From Podarcis tiliguerta (taxonomy: Eukaryota), in assembly GCA_965153285.1 (NCBI GenBank), contig OZ229113.1: a stretch of 64,000 bases of DNA, one strand, 5' to 3'. Shown piece after piece: positions 13,399 to 26,000 of this stretch. Made by a program: the position numbers and the translations under genes. Numbering within the stretch: position 1 is the stretch's first letter; the number at the start of each line of letters is the position of its first letter. The notes under the pieces are model-generated. The model worked only from the letters and a program-made list of their open reading frames with translations. It did not search any database and had not been told where the DNA came from.

Positions 13399-14991
13399 AT
13401 ATTTTCTTCCCCACCTGCTGCCCAAAGTGGTACAGTCTAGAGACAGTTGTCCCCCTGGCAATTAAGCGATATATAAATTAATAAAATCATAGTCATCTAT
13501 GGTTTGCATAAACTACACCAGGTAGTTGCTGGTAACATAAGAACTGGCACACAGTCAGCCACTCCTTGAAACAATTGGACTGCATGAAGGAGTCACATGC
13601 AGTCATACAGCACCTCCCTGTCTCAGCAGTTTGTGGTGGAGTCCATCCAGGGCTAGTCCTCTGCTGCCCCTGCACTTTCAGAGGAACAAAGTTCTTACTC
13701 AGCCCCCTCAAAGAAGGCAACTAGTAGAGCCCACACTGCAAAAGGAAGGGAGGGAGGGTGTCTGAAGAAGAAGAGGGGAGAGCGTGGGGTGAAGCAGACC
13801 TAAAGAGCCTCATCCCCACATCTCCTCAGCAGGGCAAAGCATCCCCATGGGGCTGCCCATATTACTCCTACGGGAGAGGATGCTGTGGCAAATATGCCCC
13901 TCCCATACAGGAAAGGAAGAGACTTGCAAAACTTAATCTCAGTTGTCACCTCTGGTGTTGGCAGCTTTGGGCAACTGAGGGGTTAAGAGAATAAAAGAGT
14001 AGTTGGGCAACTGGCACCTTTGCCTTCTAAAAGCATAGTTAATGAATTTGTTCACTTGGGGCAAACTTTTCATCAAAATATTCAGACACAGAGGGAAAGC
14101 GAGGTCAAATCTAGACAGATTTACAAAAGAGTTGATCTTCCATTTATCTGACCCATCTAATACATTGGAGGAAGCAAGCCAGAGGTGAGACATTGAGTAC
14201 ATCAGAGAACCCATCAATCTGTCACTTAACTTTGAATTTCTTGCCTGTGTGGAAGTCAGATATCTTTGGAAAAATCTGGCCTCTGATGTGCACAAATGTG
14301 TGTTCTTGAAATGAATGTGGATTGTCCACCATGCATATATTTTGTAAGGGGGGGAAGCTTTGATGCATTATGCTTTAAAATATTTCTTTTTCCTATGTAA
14401 TCAGTATGGCACATCTTTTTCAAACCATTTCTATTAATATCAATGTTATCATTATGTATTTCGAATCCCAGTGAAAAGCAGCAGCATTATAGGTACATGC
14501 AGACTCTTAATTTCGGTTTACACATCCTGCATTTTAAAGAGCACTCGCTTTAAAACATAATGAATTCCTTTGAAAGATAGACGGTTTGGGGCAAAAGGAA
14601 GCATAATGCACAAGGAAACTGTGAATGCCGGAGGTGCCTCTTTCCTTCTTCTAAGCATGAAGAGGGCATTGTGCATTGTCCAAGAAAGAGAATTTTGAGC
14701 TGCGAGACTTGGGGTCAACTGATGACTTCAGTGTTTGATGACTGGCATTTGGGAAATCAATTTCTGTACAAAAACACCATCTGCAATTTGGAAATAACTA
14801 TAATCTCATTCAGTTCCTTTTCAGCCTTTCCCCCATGAGTGTGTGATTTCTGTCCCAGTGCTGGATGAGAAATTCTGTTCTCCCTTTCCTGAGACGACAC
14901 AACTACATCTGCCCAGCGGCAAGAGACTGATCCCAGCCGCCATTACTATCAATGGCTATTCAGTGTTGCTAAATGAAGTCCACACACCCAG

Positions 14992-15078
14992 GGCGATAGG
15001 TGGTTAGTGCTGGACTTAGGCAGGGAGAACCGAGTTCAAATCTCTACCTAGCCATGAAGTTCACTGTGTGAGCTTTGC
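14992..15078 (+). mobile_element. Decayed Squam3/MIR-like SINE head
   Basis: GTGGTTAGTGCTGGACTTAGG...GAGTTCAAATC (B box)...AGCCATGAAGTTCACTG. Confidence 0.5.
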
Positions 15079-17893
15079 TGCTGCCATCCTCCAGCACAAG
15101 GAGTCTTCATAAGGAAACTCCTGCCAGAACTCTCATGGGTCTTTCTGGCCAGTTGGATCTAGATATAAAAATGAGGATTAATTTTTTTTTTCCCCACTGG
15201 GGAGCGGGGAAGTTTGCTAAGCATTAATGCCATCAGTTTGGGGCTACTTTGTGATATGAAGGTGTTGGATATAATGAAGTAAACTTTTGTGCATCTTAAA
15301 TTTTGCCCACTTTATGCCCACTTAAATTTTTAATATATTATAAATGAATAGTTAATTGTTAGCATTATAATGTAGTGATATTAAAATGTTTATCATGTAT
15401 TGTGGTTGCTGTACTTATTGGAGGCTGGTGGAGCCTCTACATACTGGCAGGCCCAGACAGATGACGTGTGAATGTCCGTGGCATCAAGTGATAACAACTG
15501 GCTGCTTGGGATGCTCTCTGATGGAGGAGTATGTAAAGGGGGAAGATGTGGGGTAGGGAGAGAGCATGTCATGACCCTAGAGGCCCACAGCAGCAGAGGC
15601 TGCATTCAGACAGCACTTTATGCCATTTCATTGATGTTTATTACCTGATAATTTATGTGCTTTATGTCATCTTTCACAATGCAAAAGCTATTTCTGGGAC
15701 TGTACTGGAATCGAGTGGATGTTTAGCACTCATCTCCATGTTAATTGCTTCCAGGGGAAAAAATACATTTGCAACCCTGTTAACCTGGAAAATCACAAGA
15801 GTTTTGTGCTGTAGTTTACCTGAATCACAAGCACACGATGAAATTGGGGGTGATGTTACAACATACAGTGCTTTCCCACCATTCTCATGGGTGAATCATG
15901 GGGAAACAGCCCCATGAAACAGCCCTCATTTATGCATGAGCATACATGGTAGTGACTACATTATAACCTCCTGTATCTGATGGGCCCTCGCAGGCACCTT
16001 CCCTTGAGCTTGAGAAGCCAGATGCCTTCCTGAGGACCTCACCTGTCCAGCATCACAGGGTCACACCAGCAGGGAGGCAGGGGAATGGAAGAGGAGGACC
16101 CATCTTCAGGCCAGGGAGTTGGTCCTTTAAGGACTGAGAGATGGGTCACAAGGGAGAAAGGCAGTTTGAGAGCAGGGGCTTTGAAAGCCAGCTCTCGCTG
16201 TTTCTTGAAGCTAGGTACTGACTCGGAGCTATCCATGGTCCTGCAACTGCTGCTTTATCTTCCCTGTGGGACTGGGCACTCACCAGCAGCAGCACAGCAG
16301 GGGTTTGAGATTCTTCTGGCCTCTGCCCAATGACAGTTCTTGCTATATCTGGAACACTATATTGCATATGGCTAATGGGAGTTGTGGTACAAAACAAGTG
16401 GAGGGCACCAGGTTGAGGAAAGCAGTGCCATTCAAATATGTCAATAAATATAAAGGAGCTGGTCTCATGGTTACCTAATGCAGAGCTGGTAGGCGACATC
16501 ATGAGTGGGCTGGGCAGCAGAGGGTAGACCTTGCATGCTCACCCTCTACCCTAAAGGCTAAGGAAGATGGCACTTTGAAGATACACTGAGAGTAAAGTAT
16601 TCATCTCAATCATTTGATGACATGTATGTTTGGGGCAATTTTCATCAAATGCACAACATAATTTAAGATATTCATTCAAATGTTTACTACATTCCCACTT
16701 TATATTCATAAATGGACACCTTAAATACCATGGTGAAGCCCCCGCCCCCCGATATGAGATACTCCAGTCACAGGCCATAGTTTTCTTTGGTTTTGGATCA
16801 GATGCAAATTGCATATCCGTTGAATATTTATTAAAATGCATTACTCTGATCTAGGAAGGATTGCATGTAGGTAAAGTGTGGATGGGATTCAAATCTGCAT
16901 TTGGCTTCCTCTCTCCTTTTCTCATTCCAAAACTGTTTGGAAGGACCAGGCAAAACTCAAAGAGAGAAGTGCTCACAACCAGGGGCCAAAAACACAGCTC
17001 TGTTACCCTAATGAGAAAACCAATCAGATAACATGCATTTGTGTGCTACAAGATCTGGTATGTTACAAAGACCCTGTATGCAACAAAGATAATTTGGGAA
17101 ACAGAGTAGCACAAATTGCAAGTGCATTACTCGCAAATTAATAAAATACAGCAGGAAAATATGGCAGTTGCAGTGCCAAGGTCCACTAATAGCAGCAGGA
17201 TGATCCAACTATTAGCTGATTTCATAACATCTCAATAATGAGCTAACATGATTAAGCGAGCCAATGGGTGACAAGCATCATCCTGTAGGTCTCCAGCTTA
17301 CTCAAATACATTAGAAGACTGGAAAACCTTTAACTTTTTCCAGTACCAGAAATGATTACACTGCTCAAACCAACAACTCAGCTTCAAAGTCACCCTCTTC
17401 ATTAGCCAGTAATGACTGCAGGATTTGCTCAACTGTTGTGCCTTGTGTCCATGTAGTTGCTAGGAAATTGGCTTGTTGACCAACCTCCCACTGAGCAATA
17501 TAATATACCAACTGGATCGTCATTCTGTTGTCTGTGGATTGTACAGTTAGAAATGACATATTTATTTGCTGTATTTTATTAGTGTGTAGGTGCTGTCCTT
17601 TCAATTTGTGATAATTATTTATAAAGATATTTATAAACTGTTCAATCATATAAAATATCAAGTCCATGTACAATGAAATATAAAGGTGCATAAGATGCCA
17701 TAAAAACAATATGATAATAATTGTCAAAATGATTGTTTCAACTTGGAGAAAAAATAATAATCTGGATAGAGCTATGAGTATCCTATGAGGATGTCTGCTG
17801 AATCTCTGCTAGAAAAGTATTCCACAGCATGGAATGGGTAGCACTAAATTCCCTCCTTGCATTTGGAGTCAACATTAGTTTCTTATATTGTTA

Positions 17894-18322
17894 TAATAAT
17901 AATAATAATAATTTATTATTTGTACCCCGCCCATCTGGCTGGGCCTCCCCAGCCACTCTGGGCGGCTTCCATAGAAACAAAAAATACAGTAAAATATCAC
18001 AGATTAAAAACTTCCCTGAACAGGGCTGCCTTAAGATGTCTTCTGAATGTCAGGTAGTTGTTTATCGCTTTGACATCTGATGGGAGGGCGTTCCACAGGG
18101 CGGGGGCCACTACCGAGAAGGCCCTCTGCCTGGTTCCCTGTAGCTTTGCTTCTCGCAATGAGAGAACCGCCAGAAGGCCCTCGGCGCTGGACCTCAGTGT
18201 CCAGGTAGAACGATGGGGGTGGAGATGCTCCTTCAGGTATACTGGGCCGAGGCCGTTTAGGGCTTTAAAGGTCAACACCAGCACTTTGAATTGTGCTCGG
18301 AAACGTACTGGGAGCCAATGTA
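17894..18322 (-). mobile_element. L2 LINE 3' fragment (ORF2 C-terminus, 3' UTR, (TTA)n tail)
   Basis: ORF 17997-18284(-) LVLTFKALNGLGPVYL...TLRS...RAFSVVAPALWNALP...FRRHLK is a typical L2 ORF2 C-terminus, followed by a microsatellite tail. Confidence 0.92.
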
Positions 18323-19490
18323 TACTAGAGTTGGAACAACCATAGCGGTAACAACAAAGAAAACAGGCCTAGGAAGTGGATTTTTAAAATTTTGTTTCAT
18401 TATATAAGAATGTATACACTGATTATATACCAAAATGCCTTCTTTACCTCAGAGCCCTCATAAATCACCATTGTCTTATCATGCTCATTTTCACTTATTG
18501 TTAACTACTTTAGAAACCAATTGTCAGATGGAAGGGTAGGATATAAATATTGGGTTGGAGCCATATTTCACTTGAGTGGACCTATCCCAAGCATGGCTAA
18601 GTCTAGATCCAACTAAAAACATTTCACACTGAGTTTGCTTTTAATACACCTGATCTAGTAATCCAACGATATATCCAACTGCTTAACTTTCCATGTTTTC
18701 ATGTTTAGAGAGTTGTGTTTTTAGTACATTGAGGACTGACCAAAGATAGCACTTCTACACTAAACACAGGCTTAACATATGGGATTCATTACCAGCCGAG
18801 GTGGTGGTGGTGACCTTTACTTTATAATGATTTTTAAAAAAAAGAAAAAAAAAGGAGTAGCATACCAAGACACAAAAGAGGCAATCTCAAATGAAACAAG
18901 ATACGGAAACAATGAACCACTGGGATTAACAAGTCGGCAATGAAAATATACAGCATCATGCTGTAGTTATATATCATTGAATTAAAATAGGCAAAATATA
19001 CTGAATGAAATACTGTTCTAATTCTGCAGAGCCTTGTGGTGCCTTAAAGTCTAATACATTATTATGGAATAAAGCTTTTTGTGCACAACAGTCCACATTA
19101 TTAGAGTTTATCAAGAGGTTCGGTGCTATCACTTATGGACTGAATTACCACAGTGGATTTTTAGCACACTACTTGTATTTATTTGCTTACCAATGCCAGG
19201 ATTTACAATGTATTTTCTGCAAGAGGCTAACAAGGATACCTCGCTAGAAATTGTCCTAATTCTATTACCACTACAGGCAAAGGTTTAGATTGTGAAGAAT
19301 TCTGAGAGAAAGGCCTCATGTGTCAATATACACATGGAAAAACTACATGGGCTGAGGGGGGTAGCTGGTAATTTAACCTATTTCAAGAAATCTTTATCAA
19401 GGACAAATGCCCATGCAGAACTTCAGCAATCCATATAACATACATCATAGATCAATATATGCTGGAACAATAACGGCAATAAAAGTCATG

Positions 19491-19550
19491 CTGGCAAAAA
19501 AGAACAACTTCTCAGAAGTACTGGCAAAAATGAACCACTTCTCAGAAATT
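19491..19550. repeat. 30-bp tandem duplication
   Basis: CTGGCAAAAAAGAACAACTTCTCAGAAGTA / CTGGCAAAAATGAACCACTTCTCAGAAATT. Confidence 0.85.
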
Positions 19551-19714
19551 CTCACAAAGCACATTCTGTGGTTAAAAGCTTTTTAAATCATGAGAGCTAC
19601 AATGTAAACTTCTTCAGGGGTCTCTCTCCCTGATTTCACCTGAGTGGCCACTGCTAGAGACTGAGTACTGGGTAGGATGGGCTCTTTGGATAGACATCAG
19701 TATTGCAGTGTAGC

Positions 19715-20643
19715 TATCAGGGACTAGGCAGAAGAGGAATAATGGAGATCGCCTCCCCTTCCTGACCCTTCCAGGGAGGAGGAAGAGAAAGACAGTATAG
19801 ATTTACAACAGGGGTTTGAGGGAGGTTGCAGCTCAGAGGCAGATGTGAGGAAAAGTTGGGAAATCATGGCAGAGCTGGAGCAACACCCAGCTGACACGTT
19901 GTTATTGGAAAGCATTCCAGACCCTCCATCTCCCAGAACCCAGTGAGCCTTAAAAGTAGGAAAGCAAAGAGCTCAAGGACAGAGGGCACATTGCTGTTGT
20001 TGTTTAGTCATTTAGTCATGTCCGATTCTTCGTGACCCCATGGACCAGAGCATGCCAGGCACTTCTGTCTTCCACTGTCTCCTGCAGTTTGGGCAGACTC
20101 ATGTTTGTAGCTTCGAGAACACTGTCCAACCATCTCATCCTCTGTTGTCCCCTTCTCCTTGTGCCCTCCATCTTTCCCAACATCAGGGTCTTTTCCAGGG
20201 AGTCTTCTCTTCTCATGAGGTGGCCAAAGTATTGGAGCCTCAGCTTCAGGATCTGTCCTTCCAGTGAGCACTCAGGGCTGATTTCCTTAAGAATGGATAG
20301 GTTTGATCTTCTTGCAGTCCATGGGACTCTCAAGAGTCTCCTCCAGCACCATAATTCAAAAGCATCAATTCTTCGGCCATCAGCCTTCTTTATGGTCCAG
20401 CTCTCACTTCCATACATCACTACTGGGAAAACCATGGATGAGAATGATGAATGAGGAAGTGGGAGAGACATTGGGTGGAGACATTGGGTGGAGATTCACT
20501 TAGGACAACACCATTATCCAAGAGGCTGGGTTCTATAGCCTCTCTCTGTAAATATTGAAATAAAAAAGGACCATAAGAGACTTTTCCTTGTCTTTATACT
20601 TTCCTGGGGCAACCAGCTGGGAGCCACTGACAGAATCCTGACA
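19715..20643 (+). mobile_element. Solo LTR (probably Gypsy), interrupted by BovB
   Basis: Termini TaTCAGG...CCTGACA (decayed TG...CA inverted ends), 5-bp TSD gtagc/gtagg, AATAAA near 20559. Confidence 0.65.
19995..20435 (-). mobile_element. BovB (RTE-clade) LINE 3' fragment
   Basis: ORF 20016-20471(-) MVFPVVMYGSESWTIKKAD...RIDAFELWCWRRLLRVPWTARRSN...LEKTLMLGK...RMRWLD is the BovB ORF2 C-terminus; (CAA)n tail. Confidence 0.96.
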
Positions 20644-20806
20644 GTAGGTGGGAAAGTGCTTCCCTGTCTCCTGTTTCATATCCAGTCCAGAAGTTTTGGA
20701 CTACAACTCCAACCAGCAAGGTCACTTTGGTGTTGCTAACAGAGTGGTTTGGTTTCACCCCCTGAGGCACACTCCATTGTCTCTTGAGACAGACGAATGC
20801 CAACAA

Positions 20807-21964
20807 GATCAGGGGACTGCTGTGGACACAGTATTATATTGATTTCAGCACAGCTTTCAGCAAAATCTCCCACGGTATTATTGTTGGCAAGCTGGTAAAA
20901 GTGTGCTAGACAATGCTACTGTTAATTGGATTTGTAGCTGGCTAATAGACCATACCCAAAGAGAACTCATCAATGGCTCTTAATGACATTGGAGAAAAAT
21001 GACAAGTGGAATACTGCAGAGTTCTGTCCTGGGCTCAATGTCTTTATAAATGACTTAGACAAAGAATTGGAAGGAATTATTGTCAAATTTGCAGATGATA
21101 CCAGAGAACAAAAGAGAATTCTTGACAGAACCTGGGCCAAAACAAAATGAATTTCAACAGAGGTAAATTCAAAATTCTTCTTTACACTGGCTTGGGGCTT
21201 GGTTTCGTAGTACATTGGAAAAGAGGGGAGAAAGGGTCAAAGCAGCCTCCCACCAATGGCAGTGCCAAGAGGAGCTAGAGGAGGAGCCATCAGCCATTGA
21301 AGCTGTGTGGCCGCTGAGTTTGGCTCTGTTCCCGGCTCCTCTAATCCTCTTTTAAAGCCATCAAAGTTGGTGACTGCCTCCTGTGAGAGTGAGTAGCATA
21401 CTTTAACTATGTCAGCAGTGTGATGTGGCAGCTTAAAAGTCTAATGCAATTCTAGGTTTCATCAACAGAATTTCAACTCATAGTAAGTAATGGGACCACT
21501 CCATTTTACTGAGGTCAGATCTTCTCACCTGACCAATGTCAGTTCTGGGCACCATAGAAGCTGGAACATGTTCATCACTAAAGATGAGGAAGAGTCTGGA
21601 CAAGTCCTGTAGATAAAGTTTGGAGATATTTGATGCATTTTACCCTGGATAAGAGACAATTGCAACCTTTATATATTTGAAAGGCTCTGACATATTTTAT
21701 TAAGCAGATTTGTTTTCTGTTGGGCCGGAGGATGGGATCCAAGGATCAAAGACCAAGGTTTCTAAACTAAACATTGAAAAGAATTTCCTGATGGTACAAT
21801 TTGCCTGAATGTGGAACTGAAAGGTGGTGGACTTCATAAGAGATTTTTAGCAGAATTTGGATGGCCACCTAGTTCATCAGGGAGCTGTTGTGGTGGATTT
21901 TCTCCCTTGGCCTGGGAGCTGGACTTGATTCCTTTGACGTCTCCTTCTAACACTACGATTCTGA
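20807..21964 (+). mobile_element. Degraded CR1 LINE (RT region to 3' end, with deletions and insertions)
   Basis: Remnants of AVD..Y.DFS.AF (~20820-20860), SVLG (~21020), KFADDT (21085-21102), QQCDVAA (~21413), and a CR1-type end TTCTAACACTACGATTCT. Confidence 0.8.
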
Positions 21965-22571
21965 CTAAGATATGCATGTCAAAGACTCACATGTTTTTGT
22001 TTAAAATTAATGCTTGTCTGGCCTAAGTTGATTAACATTTCTATAACCATTGGGACAAGTTAACTTGTTCTGAAAATCTTCTCTTCAAATCTCTCTGCCC
22101 TGCTTTACACAAATCTGAAATGATGTCCCTGAACTCTGTTTTGAGCCCTGAGACCATGTTTGTACATCTCCATAGGCACCTAACGCTGTATCATTAAGAA
22201 GCACAATGTACACATTACTTTGATTACCACTGTACAGTCAGGGGGCCTCTTTTCTGTTTGAAATGGATACTCTGAACTCAGTTTGGCTGACATCCTCCCT
22301 CAGCGATAGCAGCCCTTTAATAGTAAGGTCTTGATCCCCCTCAGCTTGTGCCAGCTGTAACTGGTACAGCCCCTCAGCACTTGCCTTGATTATCACCCTT
22401 TCCAGACAGACACAAAAAGAAGACTCTATGGAGCACAAGGTAAGGTCGCAGTTCCTAATGCCAGCAGGAAATAATAGGCTTGCAAGTACCAATAATAGCT
22501 AGTGATAATGGATGTCGCTGATAGAATGGCTCTGATACATGTATACAGTGTATGTGAGTGTGCGTACATAC

Positions 22572-22584
<13 letters not shown>

Positions 22585-22614
<30 letters not shown>
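22585..22614. repeat. (CA)n microsatellite
   Basis: Read directly from the sequence. Confidence 0.95.
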
Positions 22615-22619
<5 letters not shown>

Positions 22620-22762
22620 CTTCGTGCTTTCAAACTGCTAGGTTCTGCTAGGAGCTGGGACCAAGCAATGGAAGCTCACCCTGTCGCAGGGATTCGAACC
22701 ACCGACCTTCTGATCAGCAAGCCCTAGGCTCTGTGGTCTAACCCACAGCGCCACCCGCATCC
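22614..22762 (-). mobile_element. Sauria SINE, 5' part only
   Basis: GGGATGCGGGTGGCGCTGTGG head and GGTTCGAATCCC B box on -; the 3' half is absent and the copy abuts (CA)n. Confidence 0.9.
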
Positions 22763-22977
22763 CTATAGCAAGATAAGACACATACCTTAAAGAAAAATAC
22801 TATGTATGAAGCAAACATCTAATTTGGGCATCAGACATCAGTGAAAAGTACTGCTGGATGTTATGCCATGGAAATTGCCAGAATTGCCAAATTATTTAAT
22901 TTTTAAAAAATTGCATTTTGGCTGGGCTTGAGGCAGAGCCAGAAATAAGGCTCAGCTGGGGGTGGGGGGATAGACAA

Positions 22978-23074
22978 CATGGTGCCTTCTAGACATTTTG
23001 GACATTCCTGGTTGGGCTTAATGGAATTATAGTCCACAACATCTGACTGGAGGGCACCACACATTGGCTACCTG
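22978..23074. mobile_element. Decayed hAT-type palindromic MITE
   Basis: GGTGCCTTCTAGA...GGAATTATAGTCCACAACATCTG...GGAGGGCACC resembles 48973-49101. Confidence 0.55.
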
Positions 23075-24929
23075 AATTGTACTACTTCTCAGCTGAAAAC
23101 TGTCCTAAAAGCAAAATAAAATGTAACATTTTAAAAATGCCAAGCTATTGGGGGAAGTAAGTGAGTTGACAGTATTGTTTGCAGACAATATTTCAAGAGG
23201 TCTCCACATGATGGACCAACCTTTTGATAAACTTTTATCTAAAAGAAGATACATGTACCGGTAATTCCACACGAAGTGCTGACTTCTTTTGAGAAGGCTT
23301 TCTTGTTTATTGCTTCATTGTTGCAGCGGAAGGGGAATCAAAGCACTTTTGCTTTAAGGAAAAGAAAAACTGTTGAGCATTATAGATTGGCTACAAAACT
23401 ATCCATTAATAAAGTTAACCTTCAGCTGTGGACTAATTAATTTGAAAATAATGAACACCCACACATTTTTAAGAAAGGAAAAGGGAAAAAGGGAAAAGAA
23501 ACCTTGGTTTTAACATGAGTCAGTCACTTAAAACTAAAGAGCAATTTAAGGCTGTGTAAAGCATTCATTAATTCCCAATCAAAGAAAAGGCTAGATATTT
23601 CAAACTCCACAGTTCAAATGAAAGCAAGGAGATTAAACCAAATGAAGCAACGTAAATCATTTTAAAGGTTTGAAAATATGATGCAGAAGGAAAAAGCTTT
23701 CTGCACTTAAGTGTGAGAATGTTTGCAGAGGGTAATGTTTCTCGTATCCATGAATGCAGACAACAAGGAATGAGAACTGCGATTTTAAAAGCACGACTTT
23801 AATCTTAGAGAGTGACTAACCAGCTGGTACAAAGCTTTCTCTAATCTGACAGGCCCCAGTGAATTTTGAGTATGTTATCAAATGACTGTTGCCTTAATAC
23901 TCTTCACACATGTCGCATGTAAGGGAATGTTTCCAAATTATGAATTCTCTCTCCCCAGAGAGTGCAAGATTTAAAACACAGACATATCAGGGCATGGGGC
24001 ACATCCAAGGGATAGAACTAGATATTTAGGAGCAAAAGGATTCTGCTAAACATCAAAAAAGTGGAGAGGGGAAGGTACTTATCCTTTTCCCTATCTGCCA
24101 ATTCTCTGTGTTTTCCCCATCCTCAAGTGTTTGTTTTTAGCTGAAGTTCCCACTTACTTTTTCTGGGAAAGAAGAAAAGAGATGGTGGAGAAGTCAGCAC
24201 GGTGTGCTGGGTGGAGCTAATCCAGCGATTCTGCCAGTGTGTTTGCACTGCGCCAACATCCTTGCTGCCTCCCCCCTCTGCTTCCTTTTAAACAGTGGCA
24301 ACTCAGCTGTCAGGAAGTCATCTGAGTGTTGCTATTATGAAACACCAGCATATTTACAGTGACATGAATTTTCAGACCCAGATCTGCCATCAAATGTCCA
24401 ATCAATAAAATGTAGACTTATGGTTGCAGGATAGCCATGTAAATCAAATCCTACATTTGAGAGAAGCAGTGGAAAGTACTGACAAATGTTTTAGTTAGAA
24501 CACCCATTAACTGAAAAGGTATTTTATTCAGGTAGAAGGACAACTCCTCAGAAAGTACGGTAACTTTGCTAATTAAACATAAAGCCTTTGCAGGAAAAAA
24601 CAGAAACTACTAAGTGGTGGAGACTGGCAGTGCACTGTTATTGAAAGGAACTCAAGATGCATCATTTTGGAAGAGCCTAATTTGCTCATCTGGTGGTGCG
24701 CCAACACATGCTTCATTTTAACTGTTTTAATATGTTAACTAACAAACAGTTTGGGACCATTGTGTCTCCTCCTGCCACCCTCTGTAAGTAGGAAAAATAA
24801 GGACTTGTTTCACTCTGAGTACACAGGGCACTGGGAGCACAGAACAGAGACTAAGACTAGAAGCCAGTCTCTTCCGGTGTGAACTGAAGATTTAAGAGAC
24901 AGTTGGTTGCAGGAAGACCCAGGACTCAG

Positions 24930-25183
24930 CCACACTTATCTTTGTTCTGCATTTCTAGGCACAGGTCCATGTCTGAGCATTTCCCACTCCACCCCCCCAA
25001 GCTTCCCCCAGGAAAACCCTCTATTTACTGCTGAATCCAAGCAAACAACATCCTGTGAAACCCGCCAGATTGCTGTTTGCTCCAATCAGGTTTCCTGGGG
25101 AAAGGGTAGGGGGGGCACTTAGACAAGGACCAGGAAAGTGCAGACCTGGCGTCTAGAAAGTGTGGGGTGAAAGGTAAGTGTGG
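24930..25183. mobile_element. Old MITE-like element with degenerate ~40-bp terminal inverted repeats
   Basis: CCACACTTATCTTT...TTTCTAG at the left end mirrors CTAGAAA...AAAGGTAAGTGTGG at the right end. Confidence 0.5.
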
Positions 25184-25699
25184 GTGAGCTCTCCATTGCA
25201 ACTAGTTCCATAAGAGCTTGACTGCTGCTATGCTGAATCTTGAAGTGGTGGTTTGCTAGCCTTTGCTAGCAAGAGCAAGTTCACCAGAGGCACTTTCTTT
25301 AGGGCTTCTTTAAACCTGGAGCCAGACCTGGTTTTACAACTTGGTTGTTCAAATGTATGTTACCTATCTTGTTTGGCCAGCTGGAAGAGATTTGTAATTT
25401 GTGATAGAAGATAATAATAAAAAGAAGAAGATAAATACAACAGTTTTCGAAAGAGAGGTTTGCAGTTGGCTGCAGCAACACGAGAACCCTGTTTTGGCAT
25501 GCATTGCAAGCTGTGGAGGGCTCCCAGTTGCATACTGGGAGAGAATACAAAAAGAATCCTTGGAGCTAGGCTGAAGAGAAGAAAATTGTCTTCTTCCAAC
25601 AGTTAAGAAATAGTTCCCATTTAGCATCAAACGTATTTACCCATGGCTGACCATTTTGAATTCAGAACAGATTGGTTAACATCTTCATCTCTTTAAAGT

Positions 25700-26000
25700 C
25701 TCAAATCTTCCACAGAAGGTCTATTTCCACAGGAGTTTTGGTTAATTTCCAGCAATATGCAACTTTAATCTTAATAGTATATTAACAACAAATTCCAAAT
25801 CAACTTCCAACACCACATCTTTTAAACAGCCCAATAATAGGATCAAAGGATCCATAGACAAATCACTTCCAGTTATATTTATTAGATGTCTTGACAATTT
25901 CCCAAATTCATTGTTTCAGGTCTCTTGGCCCACAGCTCAAACCAGTTGCATCACCTCTGCAGGTGAATATTTTGCTGAACATCCAAAATTGCCTAGGTGA
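25700..26000 (-). mobile_element. Degraded L1-like ORF2 C-terminal fragment
   Basis: The - strand gives ...ITGSDLSMDPLILLLG... and ...AYCWK..., resembling the L1 ORF2 C-terminus; frames are broken. Confidence 0.45.
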
